This document shows, in pieces, positions 1 through 11,695 of a stretch of DNA of 62,203 bases. Both the position numbers and the translations under genes were made by a program. The stretch's first letter is position 1. Every line of letters starts with the position of its first letter. The notes under the pieces were generated by a model that made no database searches, was not told the DNA's origin, and worked only from the letters and a program-made list of their open reading frames with translations. Source of the DNA: Hyphochytrium catenoides (taxonomy: Eukaryota > Protista > Hyphochytriomycota); NCBI GenBank assembly GCA_900088475.1, contig FLMG01002824.1, positions 1 through 62,203 on the forward strand, in the 5' to 3' direction.

Positions 1-1164
1 AGGACCTACGAAGAAAGACGGTCCTTGGGAACGTTTGAGCTGATGGATGAAGTGCTTGATTTATTATCGAACTATGGTAGGACGGAAAGGAAAACTGGAA
101 AGAAGATGTCCAAGACTGTCGTCCGCCTGTCTTCGTGGCCTGAGGATGGCTGGTCGAAGAAAAGGGCACCGCAGTGAGAGAGAGCTACCAGCAGTAGTTC
201 TACGCTACCCTTTCTGTCCCATCTCTCGCGGTCACCTCTCCTTTCATCATGTCTCTCTTCCAATGTTAATCTCTCTCATCTCTGAGCTCTCCTCCTTTTA
301 TGGTCTCCTCGTCTCCGCCTTCCTCCTCTCGTTCGTGTTCTCTCTCATCATTCTGTCTCTTTCTTCCTCGCTGTCCATCTTTTCATCTTCTCTCGCTCGC
401 CTCTCATCATTCCCGCCCTCCGCTCCTTCGCTTGGCTCTCTTTCGATTCTTTCTTCTTCTCTCTGGGTGTGGATTCCTTCCCCATCATTGGTCAGCAAGG
501 AGGGAGCAAGGANNNNNNNNNNNNNNNNNNNNNNNNGAGAGAGCGAGGGAGGGAGAGAGAGAGAGAGCGGGAGGGAGAGAGAGAGAGGGAGGGAGAGAGA
601 GAGGTAGTGATGAGAGTCAGAACAGCTCATCACCAAGGGACACGTGCTGGCGCATCAATCTTTTGGCTCTCAATCGTGACCACTCAGCCCAATGACCTGC
701 ATCTCTCGATGAGCTACCTGGTGCATAGTACCTTACTCTGTGTTGTGCTCACCCACCGAATGGGATAAGAAGTTTTGTTCGCATGCCGGATTGGTGCGTT
801 GTAGCTGTTAGGTTAGCCATCAGTAGCAGTTCTTAGGGGAAGGACAATACAGCCTCCCGTATGTCGTAATTGAGACATGCCATCCTTATCCACGATAGAG
901 AGTAAAAGCATCTACTTATTATAGAATACTAGGGTCCTAATTCCTAATATACCTGAACCGAAACGTCATAACAGGGTGGGTAGGCCGTTCATAGAAGGGT
1001 CGGGTGGGATGCCGGCATGCCTCATGGGCTCCTCACCCGAGTTCTCCATAGTTAATAACAGTACCCTGATCCTATTCCCCCGCTAAACAATCCGGTACAT
1101 CATAAAGAACTCTCAGCCTGGCTGATTCCCATAGATTCTCTAATAATTTGAAATTCAAGGAGTG

Positions 1165-1260
1165 GGTTCGTGTCGTTACGGCGCCACTGTTCTTATCCTT
1201 CGACACCTGATCTTTAGCCTCACAAGAGTCGTGCCCTTCATATGGACGATCTCTTCTTGT
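1165..1260 (-). mobile_element. Possible LTR 3' end plus primer-binding site of a decayed LTR retrotransposon
   Basis: Minus strand reads ...AAGAACA-G-TGGCGCCGTAACGACACGAACC (1191 to 1165): an LTR-like CA end followed by TGGCGCC. The + strand resembles a tRNA 3' end (GGTTCG...GGCGCCA). The putative LTR runs into the N gap at 1261-1358 and no gag/pol ORF is recognisable. Confidence 0.25.
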
Positions 1261-1441
1261 NNNNNNNNNNNNNNNNNNNNNNNNNNNNNNNNNNNNNNNN
1301 NNNNNNNNNNNNNNNNNNNNNNNNNNNNNNNNNNNNNNNNNNNNNNNNNNNNNNNNNNCTTTCTCTCTTTCTACATCTCTCTTTTTCTCTCTCTTCTTTC
1401 TTGCTTTCTCTCTCTCTCTCTCTCTCTTTCTTTTCTCTATT

Positions 1442-1478
<37 letters not shown>

Positions 1479-2365
1479 ATTTCTTGCTTTCTCTCTCTCT
1501 ATTTCTTGCTTTCTCTCTCTTCCTTTCTCTCTTCTCCTCTCTCCATTTATTACATGTCTTCCTCTCAAGAGGCCGTCCTACATAGAAACATTCTCCTGTT
1601 TTGTTGCTTCTCTCTCCCTCCATCTCTACTCTCTCTTTCATGATATCTCTTCGCTTTCGCTCTTTGCCCTGTACTCCGTACTCCGTTCTTTGGCTCTGTC
1701 TTTTCTGTTTTCCTCTCTAATAATCACTTCTCGCACTCTCCCCAGTCTCTCTCTCCCCTTCCCTTCACTGATTGCTGCTGCCCCCTCGTCCAGAGACTTG
1801 ATCTTTCTTTCCCAGGACGCATTATATGGTGGACGCCGCCTTGGACTCAGAGATAGCACGCTCTCTTTTTTTTTCTCTCTCTCTCTCTTCCTGCTTGCAC
1901 TAGCTGAATAGCCTTTCATGAAGCGATATGAAGAGAGAGTAGATAGGAGAAGCAGAGAGAGAGAGAACGAGAGAGAGAAAGAGAGAGAGGAGAGAGAGAG
2001 AGAGAAAGCTCTTCTCCGGGACATCATCACAAATCTTCTTTTCTCTTTTCATCCACACTCGCTCTCTGTCCCTCGGGCAGATTCACATTTCCTTTGGAGA
2101 AAGCAGACAGAGCTTTCTAGCTAATAGCTTTACATAGAGGCTAAAGAGAGAGAGAAGGAGGGACGAGAGAGGAGAGAGAGAAGAGCAATTGGGACGACAG
2201 AATAGCAAGAAAATTGCTGCCTTCTGCCGTAGAGGAAGAGAGACAAAGAGGATACTTGCGGCCCAGCAGTAGAGAGACGAGAGGAAAATTTAAGAAAGAG
2301 AGAGACAGAGAGAGAAAGAGAGAGAAAGAAAGAGAAGGAAAAGGTATTAGGACGGGGAAACCCCA

Positions 2366-5068
2366 ATGCAGCCTTCTTCTTCTTCGGCATGCGGCCAGCT
2401 GTTGGAAGCAGGAGCTTTCCCAGAGTTTCTTGGGCTTCTCGGCTCCTTTCTCCCCGCTCGTGAGCTCATCTCCATCGCCCAGTGCGTCTTCTCCTCTCCC
2501 AGCAGCAGGAAAAGAAAAGCCGCGGAGCCCTCTCAGGAGCAGGAGAACAAGAAGAAAGACAGTCTCTCTCCTCCTCCTTTCTCCTCCGCCTCGTCCTCTG
2601 TCTCCTGGGCGTTCAATCTTAGCGTCTTCACCTATCATGCGCCGTCTTCAACGCTGAACAGAGTCATCTTCGCGGCCATCGCGGCTCATCAGCCGCAGAT
2701 CGTCGACTACGTGCTCCGCTCTCCTCAGTATGACCCGAACACTGCCATTATTAGGCGTAAGACCTTCAGTGTGAACAGCCTCATGCTGGCGGCCTGCGCC
2801 GGTCATCCAGGGATCCTGCACAGGCTGATTGCGGACGGTCGTTTGAGCGTTAGCGCGTCCATTCGGCCGTCTGAAGGTCTGCGGAGGAGCCGTGGCGTGC
2901 CTTCAGCCCAGCCTAAGGCCGTAGAGCCGGTACTGAGAGAATTGGAGGAGAGAGTGGGCCGTCTTCTCTCCTTGTGTGAGAATGTAGAGCTCTCGGCGTT
3001 GCTGCTAGCCAGCCTCAGCGGGCTAACAGCTTCTCTTTCTCTCCTACTGAACGCACTCTCTTCGTCTCCTTCTCTTGGTCCTTCCATCAGAGATGGCTGC
3101 TTTGATCCTCTCATGGTAGCTTCTCTCTTCGGGAGGACTGAGATCGTCCAGCTTCTTCTCTCTGATGGTCGAGTGGACCCTTCCTGGCAGATTCTGGACC
3201 GTTCAGGACGAAGAAAAGGCTGTCTAGCTTTCGCAGCGGAGGAAGGCCGCGTAGAGATTGTCCGCTTGCTGTTAGAAGATGGGAGAGTGGATCCGATGGC
3301 CGCTGTGCCTGACGATGGAGGTTATAATGCCTTACACTACGCCTGCGCCGCTGGAAAGACAGAGATCGTCCGACTGTTGCTTGAGGATCAGAGGGTGGAT
3401 CCCCGCGTGACCACCAGCGATGAGAACGGAAGCAAGCTGCAGACAGCGCTCATGTTAGCGTGCGCCAACGGCCACTTTGAAGTTGTCCGAGAGCTTGTGG
3501 CGGACAGGAGGAGTGACCTGCTCATGAGAGACTTGGACGGCAATGACTGCCTTGTCCTGGCAAGTCGGTCCGGACGATTGACCGGCAACGCTCTGACTGA
3601 ATACCTTCTGGAGCACTTAACTGGGTCGAGGGCCAGGATTCTGATGTCAGTAGCCTCTAGCCATGCTTCTCCCAGCATTGTCGAGGACTATATGCGAAGA
3701 CACATTGAGAAGGTCGTTGTTCTTCCGCAGGAGAGGGACGAAAGTGGAAGTGATAGTGAGGAGGGAGAGAGAGAGACAGAGGGGGAGAAGAGCACCGTCT
3801 GTCTCTCTCCTCGGCTAGCGGAGAACGTTCTCCGTGATGCTGCTGAGAATGGCCATCTCTGCATTGTCAATGCGCTCCTGGTCCATCGTCATCTTGGTCT
3901 TTCTGGACAGACCCCTGAGGGAGATTCCGCACTTGCTCTGGCAGGGCTCAACAGCCACGGAGAGATCTTCTGCAAGCTTGTGACAGATCCTCGTATAGAA
4001 AAGAGAGAGAAAGAGGAGTGGTTCCGGAAGTACTGGAGGCGGAGTTTATCGGCCGCGACTGCCGCTGAAGACATCGACTTTGTTTACTTTCTTCTGCACT
4101 ACTTTGACCCTCAGTCTTGGAGAGAGAGCAGTGGGACATCTTCGCCTGGCGAGGGAGAACCCAATCCTCTGATAGAGGCAGCAGACAAGGGAAGTTTCTC
4201 TATCGTGCAGCAGCTTCTCGCCGACGGCCGCTTCACTGCTGCTGACACTGACCGCTCAGGCTTCACGGCTCTTCATCGCGCCTGTCTAAGGGGCCATCGG
4301 CCGATCGTGGAACTTCTTCTGCAAGAAGAGAGGGTCAGCCCATCAAAATGCGTAGTGAAGGCCATCGACCATCCAATCTTTAGAAACCGTGGCTCTGCCC
4401 GCTCCTTGTACAAGATGAACGCCCTGCTGCTTGCATGTGAAGCCGGCCATCTCTCATCCGTCCAAATCCTGCTATCGGACGGCCGGATAAACCCCAATAC
4501 CACTATAGATCATGGGTATAATGCGTTGATGATGGCAGCAGTTCACGGCCATGCGGACATTGTCAGAGCTTTGCTAGCTGATCCGCGGACGGACGTCTTA
4601 GCGGTGGACGCCCTTGGACGGGACACCTTGATGCTAGCTTCGGCCTGCAACCAGTCTGCCGTGGTTCGGGTTCTGCTAGCGGATGGACGGATAGATCCCG
4701 GCCTGGTGGACTGCTTTGGACGTAATTCCCTCATGATGCGCGCGATGGCGGACCGAAGCCTGTCTCTCCCAAGACCTGGCTCTCCGCTGGACAAAGGGGA
4801 GCAGCCACTCTCTTACTGGCTGGATGAGGTCGTTCAAGAGCTCCTGAGAGACAGCAGGGTGCACCCAGAGGCGGTCGACAACTATGGCCGGAACGCCTTA
4901 ATGCTGGCCGCTGAGACGGGCCATGACCCTGTAGTCTATACTCTGCTGCGGGACGGACGGACTGATGCTGAGGCGAGAGATCGCTATGGCAGGACAGCGG
5001 TGATGCTGGCTGAGGCGTGGAAGAGAACCTCCATAGTAGAGCTGCTAAGGAGAGGGAGTGTATTATAG
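2366..5068 (+). CDS. Ankyrin-repeat protein, 900 aa, single exon
   Basis: Uninterrupted ATG..TAG ORF with many ankyrin units (GYNALHYACAAGKTEIVRLLLED, GFTALHRACLRGHRPIVELLL, GRNALMLAAETGHDPVVYTLL), often followed by a DGRVDP/DPRTD-type linker. Confidence 0.95.
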   Translation: MQPSSSSACGQLLEAGAFPEFLGLLGSFLPARELISIAQCVFSSPSSRKRKAAEPSQEQENKKKDSLSPPPFSSASSSVSWAFNLSVFTYHAPSSTLNRVIFAAIAAHQPQIVDYVLRSPQYDPNTAIIRRKTFSVNSLMLAACAGHPGILHRLIADGRLSVSASIRPSEGLRRSRGVPSAQPKAVEPVLRELEERVGRLLSLCENVELSALLLASLSGLTASLSLLLNALSSSPSLGPSIRDGCFDPLMVASLFGRTEIVQLLLSDGRVDPSWQILDRSGRRKGCLAFAAEEGRVEIVRLLLEDGRVDPMAAVPDDGGYNALHYACAAGKTEIVRLLLEDQRVDPRVTTSDENGSKLQTALMLACANGHFEVVRELVADRRSDLLMRDLDGNDCLVLASRSGRLTGNALTEYLLEHLTGSRARILMSVASSHASPSIVEDYMRRHIEKVVVLPQERDESGSDSEEGERETEGEKSTVCLSPRLAENVLRDAAENGHLCIVNALLVHRHLGLSGQTPEGDSALALAGLNSHGEIFCKLVTDPRIEKREKEEWFRKYWRRSLSAATAAEDIDFVYFLLHYFDPQSWRESSGTSSPGEGEPNPLIEAADKGSFSIVQQLLADGRFTAADTDRSGFTALHRACLRGHRPIVELLLQEERVSPSKCVVKAIDHPIFRNRGSARSLYKMNALLLACEAGHLSSVQILLSDGRINPNTTIDHGYNALMMAAVHGHADIVRALLADPRTDVLAVDALGRDTLMLASACNQSAVVRVLLADGRIDPGLVDCFGRNSLMMRAMADRSLSLPRPGSPLDKGEQPLSYWLDEVVQELLRDSRVHPEAVDNYGRNALMLAAETGHDPVVYTLLRDGRTDAEARDRYGRTAVMLAEAWKRTSIVELLRRGSVL

Positions 5069-5949
5069 AGAACAAGATAGGAACAGAGAGAGAGAGGGAG
5101 AGAGAGAAAGAGAAGCATACATTTGGTCTTTGCTTTCTTATGCGTCCTTCGGTTCTTGTTATCTGTCCCTGTTTGTTTGTGTGTCTTGATAAAGAGTTTT
5201 AATAGATAGAGTTATCCTCTCTCTCGAGCCAGCTCTCTCGCCGCTTCGTCCATCTAGCACACCTCAAAGTCACCTTCTAAGCCTGACTGATTCTTGTCCT
5301 GAGTCCTCTTTTCTTTTTCTTCTCTCCCTCTCTCTCTTTCTTTCTTCCTTTCTTTCTCTCTCTCACACACTCTCTCAGTCTCTCTCATATCAATCTCTTC
5401 TTTCTCTCTCTCTCTCTGCCCACTTCTCTCCCACCGATCGTGGTCTCCCCATTTACCATTGTCTCTCAGTTTGCCTCTCTTTTCCTTGACCCCGCCTTTC
5501 GTCGCCTTTCGTTAGCCTCTGTTAGTGTCTTTCAATACTTCTAACATCTATCGCTCTCGCTCTCTTTTCTTGTTTACCCTCTGTTTGTATCTCTTTAATC
5601 TTCATTTTGCTTTTCTCTCCTATTTTTCTCTTTATCTGAGACAAGCGAGCGAGAGGAGAGCGAACCATGCCTTTATGCCTGCTACCTTATTATCCCCGTC
5701 TGCCAACACTCTGCCCACAATCACGCTCTTCGACCTCTCTCTCTCCCATTGTCCGCGCCTACAGATTTCGTTTTTAAGCTTAGCGCAATCATCGGCAGGC
5801 CTAAAGCAAGTGTCGATCTGCTTTAACATGCAGGACAAACGTACTCTACCCTCCTAATGAGGCATACTTCTATCTATGAGAGAGAGGAGCTCATCAGCCT
5901 TCTTCTCTCTTCTTCCCTCTGTAGCCACCACATCATGTCTAAGCAGTCC

Positions 5950-6545
5950 AACTGACAGACGGATGCCCGCGGATTTGTTGCTGGGTTGTCCAGGCCTTTG
6001 CTTGTGAACATCATGCTCTCCCTAATCACGTCTTCTGCCTCTGTTGACGGCGCTCACTTCTTCACGGCAGCGGCATCTTGGACACCATCCTTGGAGGATC
6101 GATGCAACCTCTGTGGACCAGGTCCAGCTAGGAGAATCCGTGCTTGTGGCTGAATGAATGGGCTCCTTTGCCTATAGTTTGCTAGCCAGTAAGTATATCC
6201 TGATGATGTCTACCTGCGAGTGTGTCGTCAAGAAGAAAGAGCTTGTCCAGAGAGCAAAAGAGATGAAGGTTGCACATGGACGACGCAGGGTAGCCGGGCC
6301 TGCCGCTCCTGCTTCAACTTCTCTTGCAGTGCTGCTGCTTCGCAGATTGGAGGAGGATCCTAACATCTCTAGCAAAAGAGGAAGATGGCACATCAAGATC
6401 ATGGCGCGGTGAAGCAGCGCGGTGTGTCATTAGCACAATGGCCAGGAACAGAAGAGCAGGCCAGGTGGCAGGCGCTTGTGAGAAGATGGCCTTCAGTGCA
6501 CAGTTCGGCGTCACCAGTCAGATCCCTGAAGATTGGACTCAATGA
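5950..6545 (+). mobile_element. Possible decayed Mutator-like (MULE) transposase fragment
   Basis: Microsatellite-free island of broken frames. From about 5952 it translates LTDGCPRICCWVVQAFACEHHALPNHVFCLC*, resembling the MULE 'TD...AV..VFP...H..C..H' segment. Resemblance by eye only. Confidence 0.25.
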
Positions 6546-6663
6546 GAGACAAGACATCAAATGAAGCAGCTGCTAGCAAACAACAACCAGCAGCTATGAC
6601 TTTAGGAGGCCGAGCTTGTGTTTGCGAGAGTGGATAGAAAGGGAGGGAGAGAAAGCGAGAGAG

Positions 6664-6704
<41 letters not shown>

Positions 6705-6719
6705 GAGAGAAAGAGAAAA

Positions 6720-6772
<53 letters not shown>

Positions 6773-6859
6773 GAGCGCGGATCTGCAAAGGGTAAGAGAC
6801 TACGTAAAAGTGAAAAGATCTTGACGGCTTAAGATATTGTAGTCAGATGGCGGTTCGTG

Positions 6860-6991
6860 ATTGGCTGTCCTCAAGGCATAGTCTCCCTTCATTGGATATT
6901 ATCATTTCGGTCCATTCATTCTATTGGACAATAGATAAGATCTAAGGAGTTTCGCTATTTTGATTGGATCATATAAACTCATAGAGCCAAT
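6860..6991. promoter_or_regulatory. Cluster of five CCAAT/ATTGG boxes (candidate NF-Y promoter)
   Basis: ATTGG at 6860, 6891, 6923 and 6963 and CCAAT at 6987, in an AT-richer island between a (GA)n tract (about 6640-6775) and a (CT)n tract (from about 7190). Confidence 0.35.
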
Positions 6992-7308
6992 AGGATTTCA
7001 AGGAGCGACAGAATCCTCGGTGTGTACAGGATACTACGACAACAGAAACATAGACCAGCCATTCGACAGCAAACGACTGCGCTATTCCTTAGCCGCCTTT
7101 GAATATCAGAGGAAGCTGAGTTCCTCATGTGACCTAAACGTACGCCGTTATCCGAAGGGAGGCCATCTTAGTCCAATGAACTATTTTTTCTCTCTCTCTC
7201 TCTCTGTCTCTCTCTTTGTCTCTCTGTCTCTCTGTCTCTCTGTCTCTCTCTATCTCTCTATCTCTCTATGTCTCTCTCTCTCACTCTCTCTCTCTCTCTC
7301 TCTCTCCT

Positions 7309-7339
<31 letters not shown>

Positions 7340-7886
7340 TCCCTGTTCCTCCCTCTCTTCTGATTAGCTCACGTTCTGTCGTTCTTCAGATTAACGTTCT
7401 CTCCATGTTAGCTTTCTTAGTCTCTCTCGTCCATCATCTGCGTTCTGGCGGCGCTGCACATGCTATCTCGGCACTCTTTCTCTCTCTCTCGTTCTCCCTC
7501 TGCCTGCCTCGGTCTCTCTCTCTGCTCCCTTCTCCTGAGGTTGATGAGCATCTTGAGGAACCACCGCCAGATCCTTTTTGCCAATTTACCTGTGTGTGCC
7601 TCTTTCTTTTATCTCTCTCTCTCTCTCTCTGTCACTCTCTCTCATTCTCTTCCTATTTTCCTCTCTCTCCTGGCTTTGGTGAGACAGTAGTGAGCACTTA
7701 GGAACAGCTGCTGTCAACGTAACCTCCCACCGTTTTTATCCTATGACAGACTCTCTCTCTTTCCACTCTCTCTCTTCTTTTCTCTCTGTCTCTTTCTCTC
7801 TCTTCATCGTCTTAGTCCTAGAGCATCGTTTGCCATGGCGGAGCGCTGCAAATTCTCTGAATCTTTCTCTAGCTGGATGAGAGGTT

Positions 7887-7952
<66 letters not shown>

Positions 7953-8511
7953 GCGCAAGAGAAGCGATTGTTTGGATGTTAGTTGCTATGGCGCTAGAGG
8001 GGGAAGGAGGGTAAAGGAGCAAAAGGCACTGGTTATGGGGGCGAAGAAGAGCTTTAGGAAAGAGAGAGAGAGAGAGAGAGGGAGAAAGAGAAGCAAGAGA
8101 CCGAAGGGAGGGAGAGAGACAGCGAGCGAGGACCAGTGAGAAGACAAAAGGTGTAATAAGGACAGAAATGAAGCTAGCGAGCAAGAGGAAGGAAGAGAGT
8201 AAAGGGAAGAAGGGAAAGGAGAGAGACAAGGAGAGAACTGGGAAAGAAGAGGGAGACAAAGAGAAAAGAGAGAGAGAAAGAGAGGGAAATGAGTGTAAGA
8301 TCCATCTTCGCCGGCTAAGGAAGGCGAGACCGCACTCTTCAATCTCCACTTCGACAGTCAAAGAAAGTCTCTCACGGCGGTCGGAAAGAGTCACCAAAGA
8401 GTGCGCGCCTTCTCTCCCTCTCTCCCTCTCTTTCTTTTCTCTCTCTCTCTCTTCTCTCTTCTCCAGAATCTTCTTCTCTCTCTCTCAACAGTCCCAAGAG
8501 GAGAGAGAGAG

Positions 8512-10182
8512 ATGTTCGAAGCCGTTAAAGCAACGCTGGTACGGCACTGGACGGTCTCTCCCCCGCCTCGGACGCCAGAGCAGGATGAGGCCGAGAGATA
8601 TCTCATCTGCATCCCCATGCTGTGGAAGCCTAACAAATATCTCACTGTCTCGGCCATTCCTTTCAACCGCTGGCTTCTTTTCTTCGCGTCTTTCCTCATT
8701 CAGTTCTGCTGCGGCTCTCTCTACGCCTGGTCTGTCTTCAACAAGCCCATAGATTCCTTAGTGTACAACGATCCCAAGGCAGAGAAAGCGGTCAATGCCT
8801 TCTACATTGCTGTCGGAATGTTTGGCACCACGGCCGCGATCCTTGGGCCGTGGCTTGAGAGAAGCGGACCACGGATGGGCATGCTGGTAGGCACCACGTC
8901 TTTCTTGCTAGGCAACCTCATTGCCGCTCTCTCCCTGGGAAAGAAGAGCATTGTTGGCGTGTACATTGGCTACGGGATCTTCTGTGGCTTTGGCTTAGGT
9001 CTGAACTACATTTCGCCTGTCAGCGCGCTGCAGAAATGGTTCCCTGACTACAGAGGCACCGCTGCGGGCTTTGCCGTGGGCGGTTTTGGAGCTGGCTCTG
9101 TCGTTTGGGGCAAGGTCTATCTTCCTACGATAAAGACTGTAGGTCTGCCGTGGACCTTCTTTCTTTTAGGCTCGGTGATGGCTGCGGCGATGTATGTCAG
9201 CGCTCTGGCTCTGAGAAGCCCTCCTACGGGCTTCAGTGTGGGTGGCTTGGACATGCACGGAGAGGCTGTTAGCAGCGGTCCAGAGGACGACGTGGCGGCA
9301 AAGAAGATGGAAGGCGGAGAAGAGGGACAGCAGACGATGGCAAGAGACGGACAAACCTCGGCCACCACGTACAAGCTAAAGGAGGAGGAAGAGAGCGGGA
9401 TGGGGAGGATCAAGCATCTCCCTCTTATCTCGTGCATCTTCTCTCCAGACTTCTTCTTCCTCTACCTCATGTTCTTCGCCAACCAGCTCTTTGGTCTGAT
9501 GGTCCTCTCCAAGCTCTCCAACATGACTGTCGATCTCTTCGGAAAGACAGCAAATGATGGAGCTAATGTTGTCTCTGTTAATGGCGTCTTCAACTGCGTG
9601 GGCCGTCTGTTATTACCTATGGCTTCAGACTTTAGCATCCGTTTCTTCAAGCTCAACCCGGCGTTTGGCAGGAAGTGTGTCTTCTTCTTCACTCTCCTTA
9701 TGCAGGCGATTATCGTGGGCACACTGCCCATTGTCATCGATGACAAGAGCTACTCTGTCTTCCTCGCACAGGCGTGGATCTTGACAATGCTCTATGGCGG
9801 AGGGTTTGGCACCATCCCTTGCTTTCTCACAGACATGTTCGGTGCTTATAACATTGGAGCCATGCACGGCTTCATCCTCACTTCTTGGTCGATTGGAGGC
9901 GTAGCCGGAGGCTTGGGCTTTAACGCGGCTTACAAGAAGATTGTAAAGGAGACAGGACAGCCCGCGGAGGCGTACAAGGAGATCTTTCATTCTATTCTCA
10001 TTGTACTTATCTTAGGCTTCTTCATGCTCTTCTTCGTCAGAACGAACCCCAAGGATCGCTTTGCCCCTGGCTATCAGTACAGCGTCTGTGACAAGCCTGT
10101 CATCAAGATCAAGCCAAGGGCAGGAAGGGAAAAAAGAGATGAAGAAGAGAGAGAGAGAAGGCCAGATGTCCATGGTGCATAG
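8512..10182 (+). CDS. Major facilitator superfamily transporter, oxalate:formate antiporter (OFA)-like, single exon
   Basis: First in-frame ATG at 8512 (MFEAVK). Motifs FCCGSLYAWSVFNKP, YISPVSALQKWFPDYRGTAAGFAVGGFGAG, FNCVGRL and YGGGFGTIPCFLTDMFG, with about 12 hydrophobic segments in two halves. Confidence 0.93.
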   Translation: MFEAVKATLVRHWTVSPPPRTPEQDEAERYLICIPMLWKPNKYLTVSAIPFNRWLLFFASFLIQFCCGSLYAWSVFNKPIDSLVYNDPKAEKAVNAFYIAVGMFGTTAAILGPWLERSGPRMGMLVGTTSFLLGNLIAALSLGKKSIVGVYIGYGIFCGFGLGLNYISPVSALQKWFPDYRGTAAGFAVGGFGAGSVVWGKVYLPTIKTVGLPWTFFLLGSVMAAAMYVSALALRSPPTGFSVGGLDMHGEAVSSGPEDDVAAKKMEGGEEGQQTMARDGQTSATTYKLKEEEESGMGRIKHLPLISCIFSPDFFFLYLMFFANQLFGLMVLSKLSNMTVDLFGKTANDGANVVSVNGVFNCVGRLLLPMASDFSIRFFKLNPAFGRKCVFFFTLLMQAIIVGTLPIVIDDKSYSVFLAQAWILTMLYGGGFGTIPCFLTDMFGAYNIGAMHGFILTSWSIGGVAGGLGFNAAYKKIVKETGQPAEAYKEIFHSILIVLILGFFMLFFVRTNPKDRFAPGYQYSVCDKPVIKIKPRAGREKRDEEERERRPDVHGA

Positions 10183-10728
10183 TTAAGAAACCAGGGTCTT
10201 TGCGTAGCAGAGGAGAGAGAGAGAAAGAGGCAGATCTCTCTTCCTTCTCTTTCATCCTCCCCAGGGGAAAATGACAGGAATGTAAGGCTATCTATTCTAT
10301 GCTTTTATGTTTATACCTAGGCATTGCTCTGTGGCAGCGATGACCAAGACTAGTTTCTTTCTCTGTGAGCTCTCACATGGGCGTTCACGCGCAGTGTAGG
10401 CGTTCTGAACGTCTGGGCAGGAGGTGGGAAAAGGATAGAGAAGAAGAGTATATTCCTTCTCTCCACTTAAACCTTAAGGAAGACCTCCTTTTGCCTAGTG
10501 TTAACCTCCTTTCGACCCTTGTAAAGTTGGCAGCGGCTCAGTCTCTTCTAAGCCGCTCTGCCTCTCTCACTTAGAAAGAGATGATTTTCAAAAGTTTTCT
10601 AAAATCTATGGAGAAAGAAGGGAGAGACATTGACCAGAAGGTATATCTCTTCTCCGGATTTGTACGGTTGTTCTCTCTCTCTCTCTCTCTCTCTCTATGT
10701 GTGTGTGTCTCTCTCTTCTGAAGCACTA

Positions 10729-11664
10729 TTACGCTTGGTCCACGACACTAATAGCGTGAGGGTCCAGCGTGGCAGGTAAAAACTGTAGTAGTTCCTGTTC
10801 ACAAGCGCCTGGCATGTGGTGACGCAGCATAGTCGCTGCAAAGTGAATGTTTTTGAAAAGACTTCTCGGTGCATTCACTAGCACTCTCTTTCCCTCTTCT
10901 TGCCCCTCTCTCCCACTATCGTCTTTCGCTTCGTCCTGAAGAGAAGGAGAGGATAGCAGGCCATCAGTGACCCAGTAGACCTCTCCTGGAGGATAATACG
11001 TGACGTTTCCCATGGCCTTTTGCAGCCTGTGTGTGACTGACTCTATGAAGATGCGGTCTTCTTCTTCCATCTGATAAAGCTTCGGAGGACCGCGACTACC
11101 TTTTGCTCGCTTCTTTGAGATGGCGATGATGCGCGCGGCGATCTCCTTGAGAGATTAAGAGCAGAAGATTGTTACGGGGAAGGAAAGGAGAAGAGACGAA
11201 GAATGAAAAGAGAGAGAGAGAAAGAGTCAGAGAGAAAGACGACAAAGGTATAGCGGACTTTCTTCTTGATTATACACGCTGGCAGGGAGAGAGAGGAGAA
11301 GAGAGAGAAGGAGAAGCTGAGGAAGAGGGCTTAGAGAGAAAAAGGGTGAGACGAGGGAAGGATAGACAGAGTGAGACTGCCTGAAGTATGAAGGAGCAGG
11401 TGGATGAAAGAAGGGACTCCTTCCTAACCTTTTCCTTAATAAATAGAGCGATGGGATGCTTGAGGTTCATGATGCTCTCGTGGCTCAGCCGCGGGACGAT
11501 ATCATCGCCCACTATTACGGTGGTGATGTATGGCTTCAGTGCCTAACGAGAAACCTTTATGAGCTGTCGCAAGGTTCATTCACTCTCTCCCTCTCTCTCC
11601 CTCTGTCTTCCTCCTCTCTCTCTGTCTCTCTCTTTTGTCCTCCTCTCTCTCTTTCTCTTTCCCG

Positions 11665-11695
<31 letters not shown>

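Noticed and set aside
1-636. Possible gene fragment at the window start
   Set aside because: Competing short frames on both strands, an N gap at 513-536 and no recognisable motif; neither strand nor product can be assigned.
1162-2124. ORFs rich in SLSLSL or ERERER here and throughout (e.g. 7216-8752, 40859-41329, 51189-51812)
   Set aside because: They are translations of (CT)n/(GA)n microsatellites, which lack stop codons; no domain signal.
8401-8511. N-terminal extension of the MFS ORF given by the track
   Set aside because: It starts at GTG and runs through a CT microsatellite; the first ATG is at 8512.
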